Positions 37,713-47,387 of a stretch of DNA of 64,000 nt are shown here, piece after piece. The position numbers and the translations under genes were made by a program. The number at the start of each line of letters is the position of its first letter. Positions within the stretch are counted from its first letter, which is position 1. This DNA comes from Candidatus Moranbacteria bacterium GW2011_GWC2_40_12 (GTDB lineage Bacteria; Patescibacteriota; Minisyncoccia; Moranbacterales; UBA11712), in assembly GCA_000995965.1 (NCBI GenBank), contig LBYD01000001.1:76923-140922 (forward strand). The letters are read 5' to 3'. Below the pieces are notes generated by a model that saw only the letters and a list, made by a program, of their open reading frames with translations, made no database searches and was not told the DNA's origin.

Positions 37713-39360
37713 CAGAACGGATGTTTCTTGTGCTTACAATTATTGCCAGTCCAAACCAAAATATTCCCATAAAAAGTCCCGCGTTAAATAAATTCGGGAC
37801 GATCAAAGAAGTGATTCCTAAAACCGTGAAGACACTCATCGCTTTTTCGAAATCATCTTTCACTACTGGACAGCCGAAAAACCGGTTCATCGGACAAATC
37901 GGCGAGATGCGCCGGAAAGCATAAATAAAAAGGTAGCCAAAAACAGCTATAAACGCCATCAATCCCAAAATCCCGCTTCCCGCCCAAATCTGAAGAAAAA
38001 CGTTGCTTTCGTTGAGGCCGGCTCCCCGCTGGTCAACGCCTATTTTTTCGGTAATCGTTCCGTATCCTATGCCCAAGAGCGGCGATTTTTTGAGGATATT
38101 CCATGACTCTCGATAAATTTCGCTTCGAGTTCTCACGTTCGGGTCTTTTCGGAAAGTTTCGGCGACAATTTTTCCCCGCAATTTATAGAAATTTATTTCT
38201 TCCAGATTGATATGCCGGCAATTATATTTTGGAAGTTCGCCAATATCTTCAATTGAATCGGGAATATCCGCGCTGTTTTCGCAAGCAATCGTGATTTTCT
38301 GCTCGCTGGTGGCGGTTGAGCGCGCCCGGTCAAAAATATCGAATTTTGAAAGTTTGCCGAAATGAACCGCCAATAAGGATGCAATTATAATCGAAAATAT
38401 TATCGCCGATTCCCTCAAGAATCCTTTCCAGCCGCCGACATATTTGCTGACGGCGCCTGTCTTGCGCGACGGCGCTAGCGCGAGAAAATAAAAAGTTATG
38501 ACAACGGCCGCTCCGATCCAAGCTGAACGCGAAAGGGTCAATATGAGCAGCGTTATATCGAAAAAAATAAAAACATCCAAAAACAAAACAATGTATTGTC
38601 TCGAAATAAGCAGCATCCTCTTTGACCGGAGGAAATAAAATATCAACGCGAGAAAAACCGCCAGCGCGAAAACAAGATATATTCCCAGCCAGTCTGGTTC
38701 GGCAAATGTGGAATTTGGCCGTCCGAACATTATCTCGAAAGATTTCGCGCCCAATTTGTCGGAAAAAACCTGATAAAATCCGAATAATATTGTCGTCAGG
38801 AATGAGATCATCAAAAAAGCGGATGTTTTCGCGAGGTCTTCGCAGTTTCTCAAGAAATTGCGGACCAAAAAATATAAAGCGATAAAAGAAATCAAAATAA
38901 GATTATTTTTGAGGGAAATAGATTTGTTCGAAGCGCCTATCAGCGCCAAAAAACTGAGAGGAACCAATGTCAAAATCAGCCAATCGATCCAGTTTGGCTT
39001 CAAGAATTTGAAACCTATCCGTTTGGAGATAAAAAGGATTATCATTGCCAAAATCAATATTCCTGCCAAAAATTGATATGGCCGCAGTTGAAACGGAATA
39101 TAGTTTCCGGTCAGGATCACATTTTCAAGAGAAATGCTGCCCACGAAAAGAAAAAATATCCAGCGGGGGCGGTAGAGCGCGATTAGGAGAGCCACCAGAG
39201 ACAAAAAAACAAAGTCCCCTTTTCCGAGCGGCAATTTGTTTCCTGCCGAAAGGGCTGCGGCAACCAGGCTCAAGACAAAACCAAAAACCCAAACCCAGGC
39301 GAGTTCTCTTTTGAATATATTTTTTAAAATTTTTACTGTATTTTTCGTGTTAACCATCAT
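37702..39360 (-). CDS. O-antigen ligase/polymerase family membrane protein (Wzy_C domain, WaaL/Wzy-like)
   Basis: About 12 TM helices, LTLSRSAWIGAAVV motif in large periplasmic loop. Confidence 0.7.
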   Translation of the reverse strand: MMVNTKNTVKILKNIFKRELAWVWVFGFVLSLVAAALSAGNKLPLGKGDFVFLSLVALLIALYRPRWIFFLFVGSISLENVILTGNYIPFQLRPYQFLAGILILAMIILFISKRIGFKFLKPNWIDWLILTLVPLSFLALIGASNKSISLKNNLILISFIALYFLVRNFLRNCEDLAKTSAFLMISFLTTILFGFYQVFSDKLGAKSFEIMFGRPNSTFAEPDWLGIYLVFALAVFLALIFYFLRSKRMLLISRQYIVLFLDVFIFFDITLLILTLSRSAWIGAAVVITFYFLALAPSRKTGAVSKYVGGWKGFLRESAIIFSIIIASLLAVHFGKLSKFDIFDRARSTATSEQKITIACENSADIPDSIEDIGELPKYNCRHINLEEINFYKLRGKIVAETFRKDPNVRTRSEIYRESWNILKKSPLLGIGYGTITEKIGVDQRGAGLNESNVFLQIWAGSGILGLMAFIAVFGYLFIYAFRRISPICPMNRFFGCPVVKDDFEKAMSVFTVLGITSLIVPNLFNAGLFMGIFWFGLAIIVSTRNIRSDSF

Positions 39361-39673
39361 TTTTTGAAATTCTCATTTCTAATCCTTCCATATTCTTCAG
39401 AAATGATTTCTCCAAGTCAATACCATAATTATTAGCTAGAACAAGAATACTCCACAAACAATCAGCTAACTCGTGTTCTAATTTTTCGTTTATATTTTTA
39501 ATATCTCGAATCCCCTCTTTAGCCATAACTAATTTCATGAGATCGCCAATGTCGCCCACGAATCCTTGGGCTATCTGGGCATTTGTCCATTTCTTGCCGT
39601 ATTTTTTCATTTCTAATTCTCCGTATTTTTCTCGAACTTCGACAGCTTTTTGAATAAGATCATTAAGTTCCAT
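39350..39673 (-). CDS. MazG-like nucleoside triphosphate pyrophosphohydrolase (small all-alpha NTP-PPase)
   Basis: EHELADCLWSILVLANNYGIDLE core; 107 aa. Confidence 0.7.
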   Translation of the reverse strand: MELNDLIQKAVEVREKYGELEMKKYGKKWTNAQIAQGFVGDIGDLMKLVMAKEGIRDIKNINEKLEHELADCLWSILVLANNYGIDLEKSFLKNMEGLEMRISKNDG

Positions 39674-39684
39674 AAATTTCTAAA

Positions 39685-40845
39685 TCATTTCAAAATTATA
39701 TTCATAAATTTTTTCCAGCTGAATTTTTTGGACCGCTTTTTTCCTTTTTCCGAAAGATGGTGCTTGAGTTTGGGATTTTGGAGGATTTTTCCCATCACCC
39801 GGGCCATCTCTTCTTCGTCATACGGATTGAAATAGAGAACGGCGTCGCCTCCCACTTCCGGAAGTGATGACGTTTTGGAAACGGCTGCCGGTGTGCCCGA
39901 AGCCATCGCTTCAAGCGCCATAAGGCCGAAGCCTTCATAAAGGGACGGCAGGACGAACAATTCGCTTTGGCGATACAGCGCCGGCAGATCTTTTTGCTCG
40001 CAAAAACCGGTCAATACCGCGTCATTTTCAAGCCCCAGATCCTCGATTTCTTTTTTGACGTTTGTGAAAAGGGGGCTGTATTTTGATTTATCTTCTCCTC
40101 CCAGCACCATTTTCACGTCGTTTATTTCATATCTTTCTGTCAGCCTTTTATATGCTTTCAAAAGTCCGGAAACATTTTTCCGAAAATCAAATCCGCCGAC
40201 ATAGAAAATATAGCGGCCGAAAATTCCGTATTTTTCAAGAATTTTGTTGTCTTCGTCATGGTTTCCAGTCTGGAAAAATTCTTCATTGACGCTTGGGTGT
40301 GCTACTTTTATCTTTTTCTCCGGAACTTCAAGATATTTGTGAATATCTTTCTTCGACCACTCAGAAACAGTAAGTACTTCATCGGCGTGCCGAATAGATT
40401 GGTTTGAAAGATAAAAATATAATTTCTTGCGCCAGTTGTTGAGATATTCCGGGAAGACTTTCAAAATGAGATCGTGAACCAGCATTTTGTGGCGGATATT
40501 TTTCGAGAAATTCGTTGGGCATTGATAAAGCGAAATGAAGACATCACATCCGTCTTTTTTGGCCTTCCGAGGCAGAAGAAATTTTTCCCACCATATTTTT
40601 CGGAACAGATCGTCACGCCGCCAAAGCATCGGCAGAAAAACCCGCTTATGGAAATTTTTTGGAAGCTTCAAATCAATATCCTTTTCGAGATACAAAAAAT
40701 ACTCGTTTTTTTTCGAGCGGGATTTCAAAAGTTCTTGGATAAATCCATCGGTCACTTGACCAATACCGGTATCAATTTTTCTCAAAAATGAGGCGTTTAT
40801 CCCAATTTTCATACCATAATTATCATACGACAAATATGGCATCAA
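39685..40845 (-). CDS. GT4-family glycosyltransferase
   Basis: EGFGLMALEAMASGTPAAVS motif; 386 aa. Confidence 0.7.
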   Translation of the reverse strand: MMPYLSYDNYGMKIGINASFLRKIDTGIGQVTDGFIQELLKSRSKKNEYFLYLEKDIDLKLPKNFHKRVFLPMLWRRDDLFRKIWWEKFLLPRKAKKDGCDVFISLYQCPTNFSKNIRHKMLVHDLILKVFPEYLNNWRKKLYFYLSNQSIRHADEVLTVSEWSKKDIHKYLEVPEKKIKVAHPSVNEEFFQTGNHDEDNKILEKYGIFGRYIFYVGGFDFRKNVSGLLKAYKRLTERYEINDVKMVLGGEDKSKYSPLFTNVKKEIEDLGLENDAVLTGFCEQKDLPALYRQSELFVLPSLYEGFGLMALEAMASGTPAAVSKTSSLPEVGGDAVLYFNPYDEEEMARVMGKILQNPKLKHHLSEKGKKRSKKFSWKKFMNIILK

Positions 40846-40905
40846 GGCAAACTAAAAGCTCGATTTTTTCGGCCGGCTGTGGTATAGTGATTTTGTGGTT
40901 TTTTT

Positions 40906-42018
40906 ATGAAAATACTCTTTATTTCCCGGGCCTATCCCCCAATTCTAGGCGGGATAGAAAACCAGAATTTTGGAATCGGCAAAGCGCTTTCCGAAATTGC
41001 GACAACCAGGACAATTGCCAATAAATCAGGCAAAAAGAACCTGCCGTTTTTTTTGCCTTGGGTGGCTTTGAAAGTCCTTTTCATTCTTCCGGGGCACGAG
41101 GTTGTTCTTCTCGGAGACGGAGTTCTTTCGCCGCTGGCAGTTTTTTGGAAAATGTTTCACCGAAAAAAAAAATATATTTCGATTGTGCACGGGCTTGATA
41201 TCACTTTTGCGCACAAAAAATCGATTCTCGGAAGAATATACAGGGCGGTCAATATCCCCGCGCTCAAGAAACTCGATAGGCTAATCATGGTCGGCCAGGA
41301 AACGATTGCTGAAGCGCAGAAATTGGGAATCCCAGAGGAAAAATGCAAGTTTATTCCGAATGGATTCGATGCGGATGAAATAATCGCAAAAAAAACCAAA
41401 GAAGATTTGGAGAGATTGCTTGGGATGAATCTCAGCGGGAAAAAAGTAATATTTCGCGGCGGAAGATTCACGAAACATAAAGGCGTGGAATGGTTTATCC
41501 GGAATGTAATGCCGAAATTGCCGGAAAATTGTCTTTTTGTCGCAGCGGGCGGCGGAATCGCGAAAAAAACCGCGGGCGATGAAAATTATTTTCCAAAATG
41601 CGAAAAAGCCGTTCAGGATCTGGGACTGGAAAATCGGGTGAAACTGATGCTTAATCTGCCAAGGCCGCAAATAAAAATTCTTTTTAACGCGTGCGATTTG
41701 TATATTTCCCCGAATATAAAAGTCCCGGGATCTCTCGAAGGCTTTGGCATTACCGCCATTGAAGCGGCTGCTTGCGGAAGAGTCGTATTGGCGGCTGATC
41801 TTGAGGGACTCAAAGACGCCATAAAAAATGAGCAAAACGGATTTCTTCTCGAATCCGGGAAGGCCGATATGTGGGCGGATAAAATAAAAGATATTCTAGC
41901 AGATGATGATTTTCGCAATGATTTTGGGAAAAAAGCCAGCCAATTCACGATTGAAAATTATAGCTGGAACAAAATTGCTAAAAAATATCTGGAGGTTATT
42001 GAAAATACTTTTTCCTAA
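40906..42018 (+). CDS. GT4-family glycosyltransferase
   Basis: EGFGITAIEAAACGRVVLAADLEGL motif; 370 aa. Confidence 0.75.
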   Translation: MKILFISRAYPPILGGIENQNFGIGKALSEIATTRTIANKSGKKNLPFFLPWVALKVLFILPGHEVVLLGDGVLSPLAVFWKMFHRKKKYISIVHGLDITFAHKKSILGRIYRAVNIPALKKLDRLIMVGQETIAEAQKLGIPEEKCKFIPNGFDADEIIAKKTKEDLERLLGMNLSGKKVIFRGGRFTKHKGVEWFIRNVMPKLPENCLFVAAGGGIAKKTAGDENYFPKCEKAVQDLGLENRVKLMLNLPRPQIKILFNACDLYISPNIKVPGSLEGFGITAIEAAACGRVVLAADLEGLKDAIKNEQNGFLLESGKADMWADKIKDILADDDFRNDFGKKASQFTIENYSWNKIAKKYLEVIENTFS

Positions 42019-42044
42019 TCTTCGAGATTAGGAATCGCCAACGT

Positions 42045-43928
42045 ATGATTTTAGACTTGACAAAACTTGTTCTGACTTTGCCGTTTGTCTTCGTTCTGCC
42101 CGGCTTTTTCCTTTTGCTGGCGATTTTTGGCTGGAAGTCAGCCTCTGGCGGATCAAAAATTTCCTTCTTCGAAAAAGCCGCTTTGGCAGTCCCAATGAGC
42201 GTGATCGCGGTTGATTTTCTGGTTCTGGCGCTCAACAGGCTGCGTATTTTTTTGAACGGGCCGGTGCTGATTGGGGCTATCATTGCTTTTTCGCTTCTTT
42301 GTTATATTGTTTTCCAATGGCGATTCGGGAAAAAAGCAAAAGCAAAGGATAAAAAGGAAGAAGATGCGGCCCAGAATTTTTTTGATTTTTCTTATTGGCA
42401 AGCCATATTCATCCTTCTTTCTCTTTTTTTGGCAATATTCATGCGGACGACTTATCTCTCCGACACGATTGTTCCGTCGTCGACTGACCTTGGCCATCAT
42501 ATGTTTTGGGTCCAGAAAATTGTTGACGCGGGAAGCCTTCCCGACTACGGGATGCCCGACTTTATTATTGGTGAGCATATTATTTTCGCGGTGATAAATC
42601 TCTTGAGCGGCGCGAGCCCGATGGGAGCCATGCCCGCCATTGTTCTTCTGCTTTTGAACATCATTGGAATTTTCACTTTGTCAATATTGGCCGGAAGAGT
42701 TTTTCGAAACCCGAAAACGGCGGCGATGATTTTCTTTGTCACGGGCGTTCTCTACGCAATCAATGCTCCCCAAGGGAAATACGTGAGCGGCGGCGTGGTT
42801 GGGAACATTATCGGCAATATGCTGATTCCGGTTGCTTTGTATTTTTTATATCGGGCGCTTTCCGAGAAAGATTCCGTCTTTGCCGGACTATTTCTTTTTT
42901 CGGCGGCCGGGCTTCTTTTCACCCATCATTTGTCCGCTTTTATCCTGATTTATTCGGTTGCCGCGATTGTTTTGGCATATCTCGCGCTCAATTTCACCAA
43001 ATCTTTCAAAATTGTTGGCGGCTGGTTCAGGATATTCCTGAAACCTTTTCCCATAGCGGTTTTTCTGCTGGTTATTTTTTATTTCCTGTTTGTTTTTACC
43101 CCTTCTTATTTCAACCCGGAGGCAGTTGCTCAAGCAACCGGCGAGCCGACAAAAATCACGAGATTCGGTCTCGGACTCGACCAATTGGAAACCAACGCTG
43201 GAAGCGCAAGGCTGATTCTCGGGACATTTGGCTTCGCACTTTTTTTTCTGGCGGCCAGGAGAAAAGAATACAAATTTAGCTTCGCTCTGTCTTGGGCCAT
43301 TGTGTTGCTTCTTATGAGCTGGAAGCCGGGGTGGCTTTATGTAAATATTCCGAGCGACCGGATCGGAAACTATCTTTTCCTTCCTTTCTCCCTGCTTGCG
43401 GCTTTTGGCATAGTCGAGCTGATGAAGCTCTTCAGAAAATCATCGACAAATTTTTTCTCAACCGCCTTGCTCTTTATTTTGCTGTTTTTCGCAATTACTG
43501 ACGGGCTCTCAGACAGCGCTGAGGCTTTCAAGTCGCGGCCTCAATTTCAGGAAGCGATGCAGACTTTTCATTCGGCCGACTATCTCGCCGAAAAATTAGA
43601 TTCTTCGCAGGATATATTGCTCAAGGATCATGTGAACATATACGGCGATTCGTGGTATAAATTATTCTTTATGAAAGATTATAAATACCCCTTGAGCCGC
43701 GGGAATTTGTCACGCTATGCTGATCCAACGAAGCCTAGGGAAACCTGTACGCGGGATATGATTTCCGAACCAGACTCCCTGGAAGGCCAGGCTTGTTTTT
43801 CCGAAACCGGAGTGAACTATGTCGCCCTCAACGCCCAGCTTGAAGGAAACAGTTTTGAAAAATATCCGGATTTTTCGAAAATATACAGTTCAAATTATTT
43901 ATCTATATTCAAAAGAAATATTCAATGA
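42045..43928 (+). CDS. Large polytopic membrane protein with C-terminal soluble domain (putative GT-C-like glycosyltransferase)
   Basis: 627 aa, more than 10 TM helices, same architecture as 16044..18281 and 6990..8582. Confidence 0.45.
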   Translation: MILDLTKLVLTLPFVFVLPGFFLLLAIFGWKSASGGSKISFFEKAALAVPMSVIAVDFLVLALNRLRIFLNGPVLIGAIIAFSLLCYIVFQWRFGKKAKAKDKKEEDAAQNFFDFSYWQAIFILLSLFLAIFMRTTYLSDTIVPSSTDLGHHMFWVQKIVDAGSLPDYGMPDFIIGEHIIFAVINLLSGASPMGAMPAIVLLLLNIIGIFTLSILAGRVFRNPKTAAMIFFVTGVLYAINAPQGKYVSGGVVGNIIGNMLIPVALYFLYRALSEKDSVFAGLFLFSAAGLLFTHHLSAFILIYSVAAIVLAYLALNFTKSFKIVGGWFRIFLKPFPIAVFLLVIFYFLFVFTPSYFNPEAVAQATGEPTKITRFGLGLDQLETNAGSARLILGTFGFALFFLAARRKEYKFSFALSWAIVLLLMSWKPGWLYVNIPSDRIGNYLFLPFSLLAAFGIVELMKLFRKSSTNFFSTALLFILLFFAITDGLSDSAEAFKSRPQFQEAMQTFHSADYLAEKLDSSQDILLKDHVNIYGDSWYKLFFMKDYKYPLSRGNLSRYADPTKPRETCTRDMISEPDSLEGQACFSETGVNYVALNAQLEGNSFEKYPDFSKIYSSNYLSIFKRNIQ

Positions 43929-43945
43929 GCGAAGCGAATACCAAA

Positions 43946-43980
43946 TTTTTGATTTTTGATTTTTGATTTTTGATTTTTGC
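43946..43980. repeat. Heptanucleotide microsatellite (TTTTTGA)x4 + TTTTTGC ending 10 nt upstream of a small membrane-protein gene
   Basis: tttttgatttttgatttttgatttttgatttttgc read from sequence. Confidence 0.8.
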
Positions 43981-43990
43981 ATTTATTATA

Positions 43991-44353
43991 ATGTCCAGCA
44001 AAATAATCATCATCGCCACAATTATATTTCTCATCGTCAGTTTCTCGGTGCTTTTTGTCATCGAAACGAAAAATCACGACTATGATTACAAAAAATCGTG
44101 GAGCGTGGTTTATTTCGAAAATCCGCGGGATAATTCGCTTGATTTCACGATTGAAAACCACGAAGGCGAAAAATCAGAATATAACTATGAAATATCGATT
44201 GACGAAAAAAAAATATCCGACAACAAAATTGAAATTGAAAAGGGCGCCGTGCAGAAAATCTATCCGATTATAGATTTAGAAAAATCCGCTAGAGTCACAA
44301 TCGAAGTAACCGCGGATGATTTGAAGTATAGGATATATAAGAATATTCAATGA
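43991..44353 (+). CDS. Small membrane-anchored hypothetical protein
   Basis: N-terminal TM (SKIIIIATIIFLIVSFSVLFVI) then 95-aa charged domain; start at ATG 43991. Confidence 0.45.
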   Translation: MSSKIIIIATIIFLIVSFSVLFVIETKNHDYDYKKSWSVVYFENPRDNSLDFTIENHEGEKSEYNYEISIDEKKISDNKIEIEKGAVQKIYPIIDLEKSARVTIEVTADDLKYRIYKNIQ

Positions 44354-45486
44354 AACGAATTCTACTCCTCACCCGCCCGATTTGCCCGCCGTGGGACGAG
44401 GGCTCCAAAGATTTTGCCTACACTCTGGCGAAGCACGCCCGTGATTTTGAAGTGCACCTTTTGACTTTTGGGAAAGTAGCGGATCTTCCAGAAAGTGTGG
44501 TCCAACATTCGATTTATACGTCACCGAAGTGGGATTTTGGGCAAAAAGTGCGGGCGTACCTGTTTCTTGTCAGGGAATTTCTGATCAAGGGCGGAAAGGA
44601 CTATGATATTCTCCATTCTTTTTTCACGCCGACAAAACTGAATGTTTTCGCGCTGAAACTATGCCTTCGGAATAAAAAATTGAAAACCATCCAGACTCTG
44701 GCCACGCTTCGAGACGATATTTATAGCGACGAGCAAATAAAGAAAATTATCCACGCCGATCTTATCATCGCCTACTCCGACTACGCCAAAGAAAAGCTGG
44801 AAAAAATGGGATTCGGAAATGTGAAGCGAATCTATCCGGGAATTGACATCAATTTATTTTCCCCCGCTCCGAAAAATCCGGAACTGATGAAAAAATATGA
44901 GACAAGTGAAAGCGATTTTGTGATAAACTACACGGGAGAATACTTGCGGCTCGGGGATATGGACGACATCGCTCCCGTTTTTTCAGAGTTGTCGAAAGAA
45001 AACAAAAATTTCAAACTGCATCTGGCTGTCCGGGTGAAGAATCAGGCTGACGCGGAAAAAAAGGAAGAGGTGAAAAAAGAATTCAAAAAAGAAGGCGTGC
45101 TGGACAGGGTGGCTTTTCTGGATGACGGCGGATACACGATGGAGCAAATATATAATCTCTGCGACATTTCAATTTTTCCCGCCCGGACGATGGCCGGAAA
45201 ATTTGACATTCCTCTGGTTGTTCCGGAGGCGATGGCATGCGGGAAACCGGTGATCACCAGCAATATCCCAAGGCTCCGATATTTTTTGAATGATGAAAAC
45301 AGCCTTTTGATTGAACCGGGCGACCGAAGAGCGCTCAAAGACAATATCTTGTACCTTCATTCAAGTCCTGAAGCGCGCCGCGAGCTGGGCGACAAGGGAA
45401 TGGAATTTGCAAGGGAAAATTTTGACATAAAAAAAATAGTGAAAGAATACGAAGAAGTTTATGAAAATGTAATTAGTAATTCGTAA
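44350..45486 (+). CDS. GT4-family glycosyltransferase
   Basis: GT-B fold, PEAMACGKPVITSNI motif. Confidence 0.7.
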   Translation: MKRILLLTRPICPPWDEGSKDFAYTLAKHARDFEVHLLTFGKVADLPESVVQHSIYTSPKWDFGQKVRAYLFLVREFLIKGGKDYDILHSFFTPTKLNVFALKLCLRNKKLKTIQTLATLRDDIYSDEQIKKIIHADLIIAYSDYAKEKLEKMGFGNVKRIYPGIDINLFSPAPKNPELMKKYETSESDFVINYTGEYLRLGDMDDIAPVFSELSKENKNFKLHLAVRVKNQADAEKKEEVKKEFKKEGVLDRVAFLDDGGYTMEQIYNLCDISIFPARTMAGKFDIPLVVPEAMACGKPVITSNIPRLRYFLNDENSLLIEPGDRRALKDNILYLHSSPEARRELGDKGMEFARENFDIKKIVKEYEEVYENVISNS

Positions 45487-45487
45487 T
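45469..45487 (+). repeat. GTAATTAGTAATTCGTAAT heptad element overlapping GT4 stop codon, directly upstream of rtcB start
   Basis: Near-identical to elements at 47955 and 53357; encodes VISNS* at the GT4 C-terminus. Confidence 0.55.
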
Positions 45488-46996
45488 TTGAAATGCGGAT
45501 ATTTGCGTTGTCTTGGTCACAGACTTATAATTGTTAATTGCTTTATGCAGGGTATCGAATCGCTATCAAAACACAAGAAAAAATTCCAGACGGACAAAAT
45601 GAAGGTCCCGGCGATTTTGCATTGTTCAGACGACCTTTTGCCAAATGAAAAAACTTTGCGGCAGCTTGAGAATACAGCTTCTCAAGAATATGTTTTTCAC
45701 CATGTCGCGGCCCTTTCCGACGTGCACGATAAAAAAGGACGCAAAAATCCGACCGGGACAGTCGTAGCCAGCGAAAAATACCTTTTACCGCAAATCAACG
45801 ATACGGCGCCCAATTGCGGTATGAGGCTTCTGAAAACCAATCTTACAGACTCGGATCTTTCGCCCGAAAATATTGATAAGTTGTTTAATGGCTTAATAAA
45901 AACAATCCCGACAAAGGCGTATGTCGGTACTCCAGTTCCCTATTCCCTTGTGGTCGACATTTGCCGAAACGGGCTTAGGTCAGTCACAAAATATTTCAAA
46001 ACACGAACAAAAAATGAAATTGAAAATACGTTCAAAAACGGAAATTTTTTCGACCAGGAAATAAGCAAAAAAGAAATAACCGACGCGATTCCGGAGCTAT
46101 TTTTGTGGATTGGGAAATTTCGTCTTGGAATTTTGGGAGCGGCGGGAAACCATTTTTTGGATCTCATGAAAATAACAGACATTATCGATAGTGACGTGGC
46201 GAGAAGATTCGGGCTTCAAAATGGACAATATATTTTCATGATGCACACGGGTTCGGGTCTTCTCGGGCAATATGCCTCATATCTCTATACTCCCAAAAAA
46301 AAGGAACATCTGAGCCAGCGAATTATTCTTGAACTTGGAAAATTATTTTGGCGTTCGGAGAAGAAAAAAATATATCGCGAGATTGCGAAAAAAATCTCTG
46401 CTTACAAAAATAAGGATGAATTTTTCGCCTATGATGCGGAAACTCCCGAAGGAAAAATGTTTTTGACGGCGCATCAAGCGGCGGGAAATCAGGGATTTGC
46501 AAATCGCAGCATTCTTACCCACAATCTTGACCAAACCATTGAAAAAGTTTTGGGGAAAAATCCAGAATTCGAACTCCTTTATGATTCCCCTCATATTTTT
46601 ATAAACCGGGAAAATCATTTTGGAAAAGATGTCAGGGTCCATCGCAACGGTGCTGTTCGGGCAATCGCCGGTGAGCCCGTTTTCATCCCTTCCTCAATGA
46701 GTACGCCGATGTATCTTGGCGTCGGCACAAACGAGAACGAATCAACTTTTTTTTCCGCGGGTCACGGCACCGGACGGCGCAAGAATCCCGAAAACGACAA
46801 GGCTGGCACAAAAGAAGAATTGTTTGCGAAAATGCAGAAGAGAAAAGTGAAATTGTATAACGCAAAATCAAAAGGTGTGGTTTTCCAGGACGCAAGTTAT
46901 TATAAGGATGTTGAGGAAGTGATCGCCGGCATGGAAGAAAACAAAATCGTGAAAAAAGTGGCGAAGATGGAGCCGGTGGCGGTGTTGATGTATTGA
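45488..46996 (+). CDS. rtcB: RtcB-family RNA ligase (3'-phosphate/5'-hydroxyl RNA ligase)
   Basis: HVAALSDVHDKKG, APNCGMRL, HRNGAVRA, SAGHGTGRR, C-terminal EPVAVLMY align with E. coli RtcB motifs. Table start is TTG; true start could be a downstream in-frame ATG (45545 or 45596). Confidence 0.7.
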   Translation: MKCGYLRCLGHRLIIVNCFMQGIESLSKHKKKFQTDKMKVPAILHCSDDLLPNEKTLRQLENTASQEYVFHHVAALSDVHDKKGRKNPTGTVVASEKYLLPQINDTAPNCGMRLLKTNLTDSDLSPENIDKLFNGLIKTIPTKAYVGTPVPYSLVVDICRNGLRSVTKYFKTRTKNEIENTFKNGNFFDQEISKKEITDAIPELFLWIGKFRLGILGAAGNHFLDLMKITDIIDSDVARRFGLQNGQYIFMMHTGSGLLGQYASYLYTPKKKEHLSQRIILELGKLFWRSEKKKIYREIAKKISAYKNKDEFFAYDAETPEGKMFLTAHQAAGNQGFANRSILTHNLDQTIEKVLGKNPEFELLYDSPHIFINRENHFGKDVRVHRNGAVRAIAGEPVFIPSSMSTPMYLGVGTNENESTFFSAGHGTGRRKNPENDKAGTKEELFAKMQKRKVKLYNAKSKGVVFQDASYYKDVEEVIAGMEENKIVKKVAKMEPVAVLMY

Positions 46997-47032
46997 AAAA
47001 TGTCTTGTATCCGGTTTTAGTATTTTTAAAAA

Positions 47033-47075
47033 AAGAGCCATGCAGACGGATTTATGCGCGTGGCATGGCTTCTAG
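47033..47075 (-). terminator. Rho-independent terminator for the small minus-strand ORF (AGCCATGC...GCATGGCT + T-run on minus strand)
   Basis: tttttaaaaaaagAGCCATGCagacggatttatgcgcgtGGCATGGCT. Confidence 0.5.
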
Positions 47076-47088
47076 GCGAAAGATGACA

Positions 47089-47322
47089 TTAAAATAATTG
47101 TGTCTGTTTGTGGGCTGCACGCGTCAGACTCTTGTGCAGATCCGGATGATATTCAAGCCTTCGGGCTAATTTAGCCGCTGCTTTCAGCTTGCAGATGCTT
47201 GGATGGTCGACGGCTTCCTTGATTTGCCTGAGAATGGCAAGTCTTGCCATATTATCCTCATGTTGTATGGCACCCTCGATAAACCGATTGATATTCTCAC
47301 TCAGACATTCAACAATTTTCAC
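47089..47322 (-). CDS. Hypothetical small helical protein (77 aa), GC-richer than surroundings
   Basis: AGGAGGG SD 7 nt upstream of GTG start, own terminator downstream; no recognised family. Confidence 0.4.
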   Translation of the reverse strand: MKIVECLSENINRFIEGAIQHEDNMARLAILRQIKEAVDHPSICKLKAAAKLARRLEYHPDLHKSLTRAAHKQTQLF

Positions 47323-47387
47323 TTGATGTCCCTCCTGAATTATTTGATGTTATCTTTGATTAACAAGAATAAAATAATTTATTTTAT

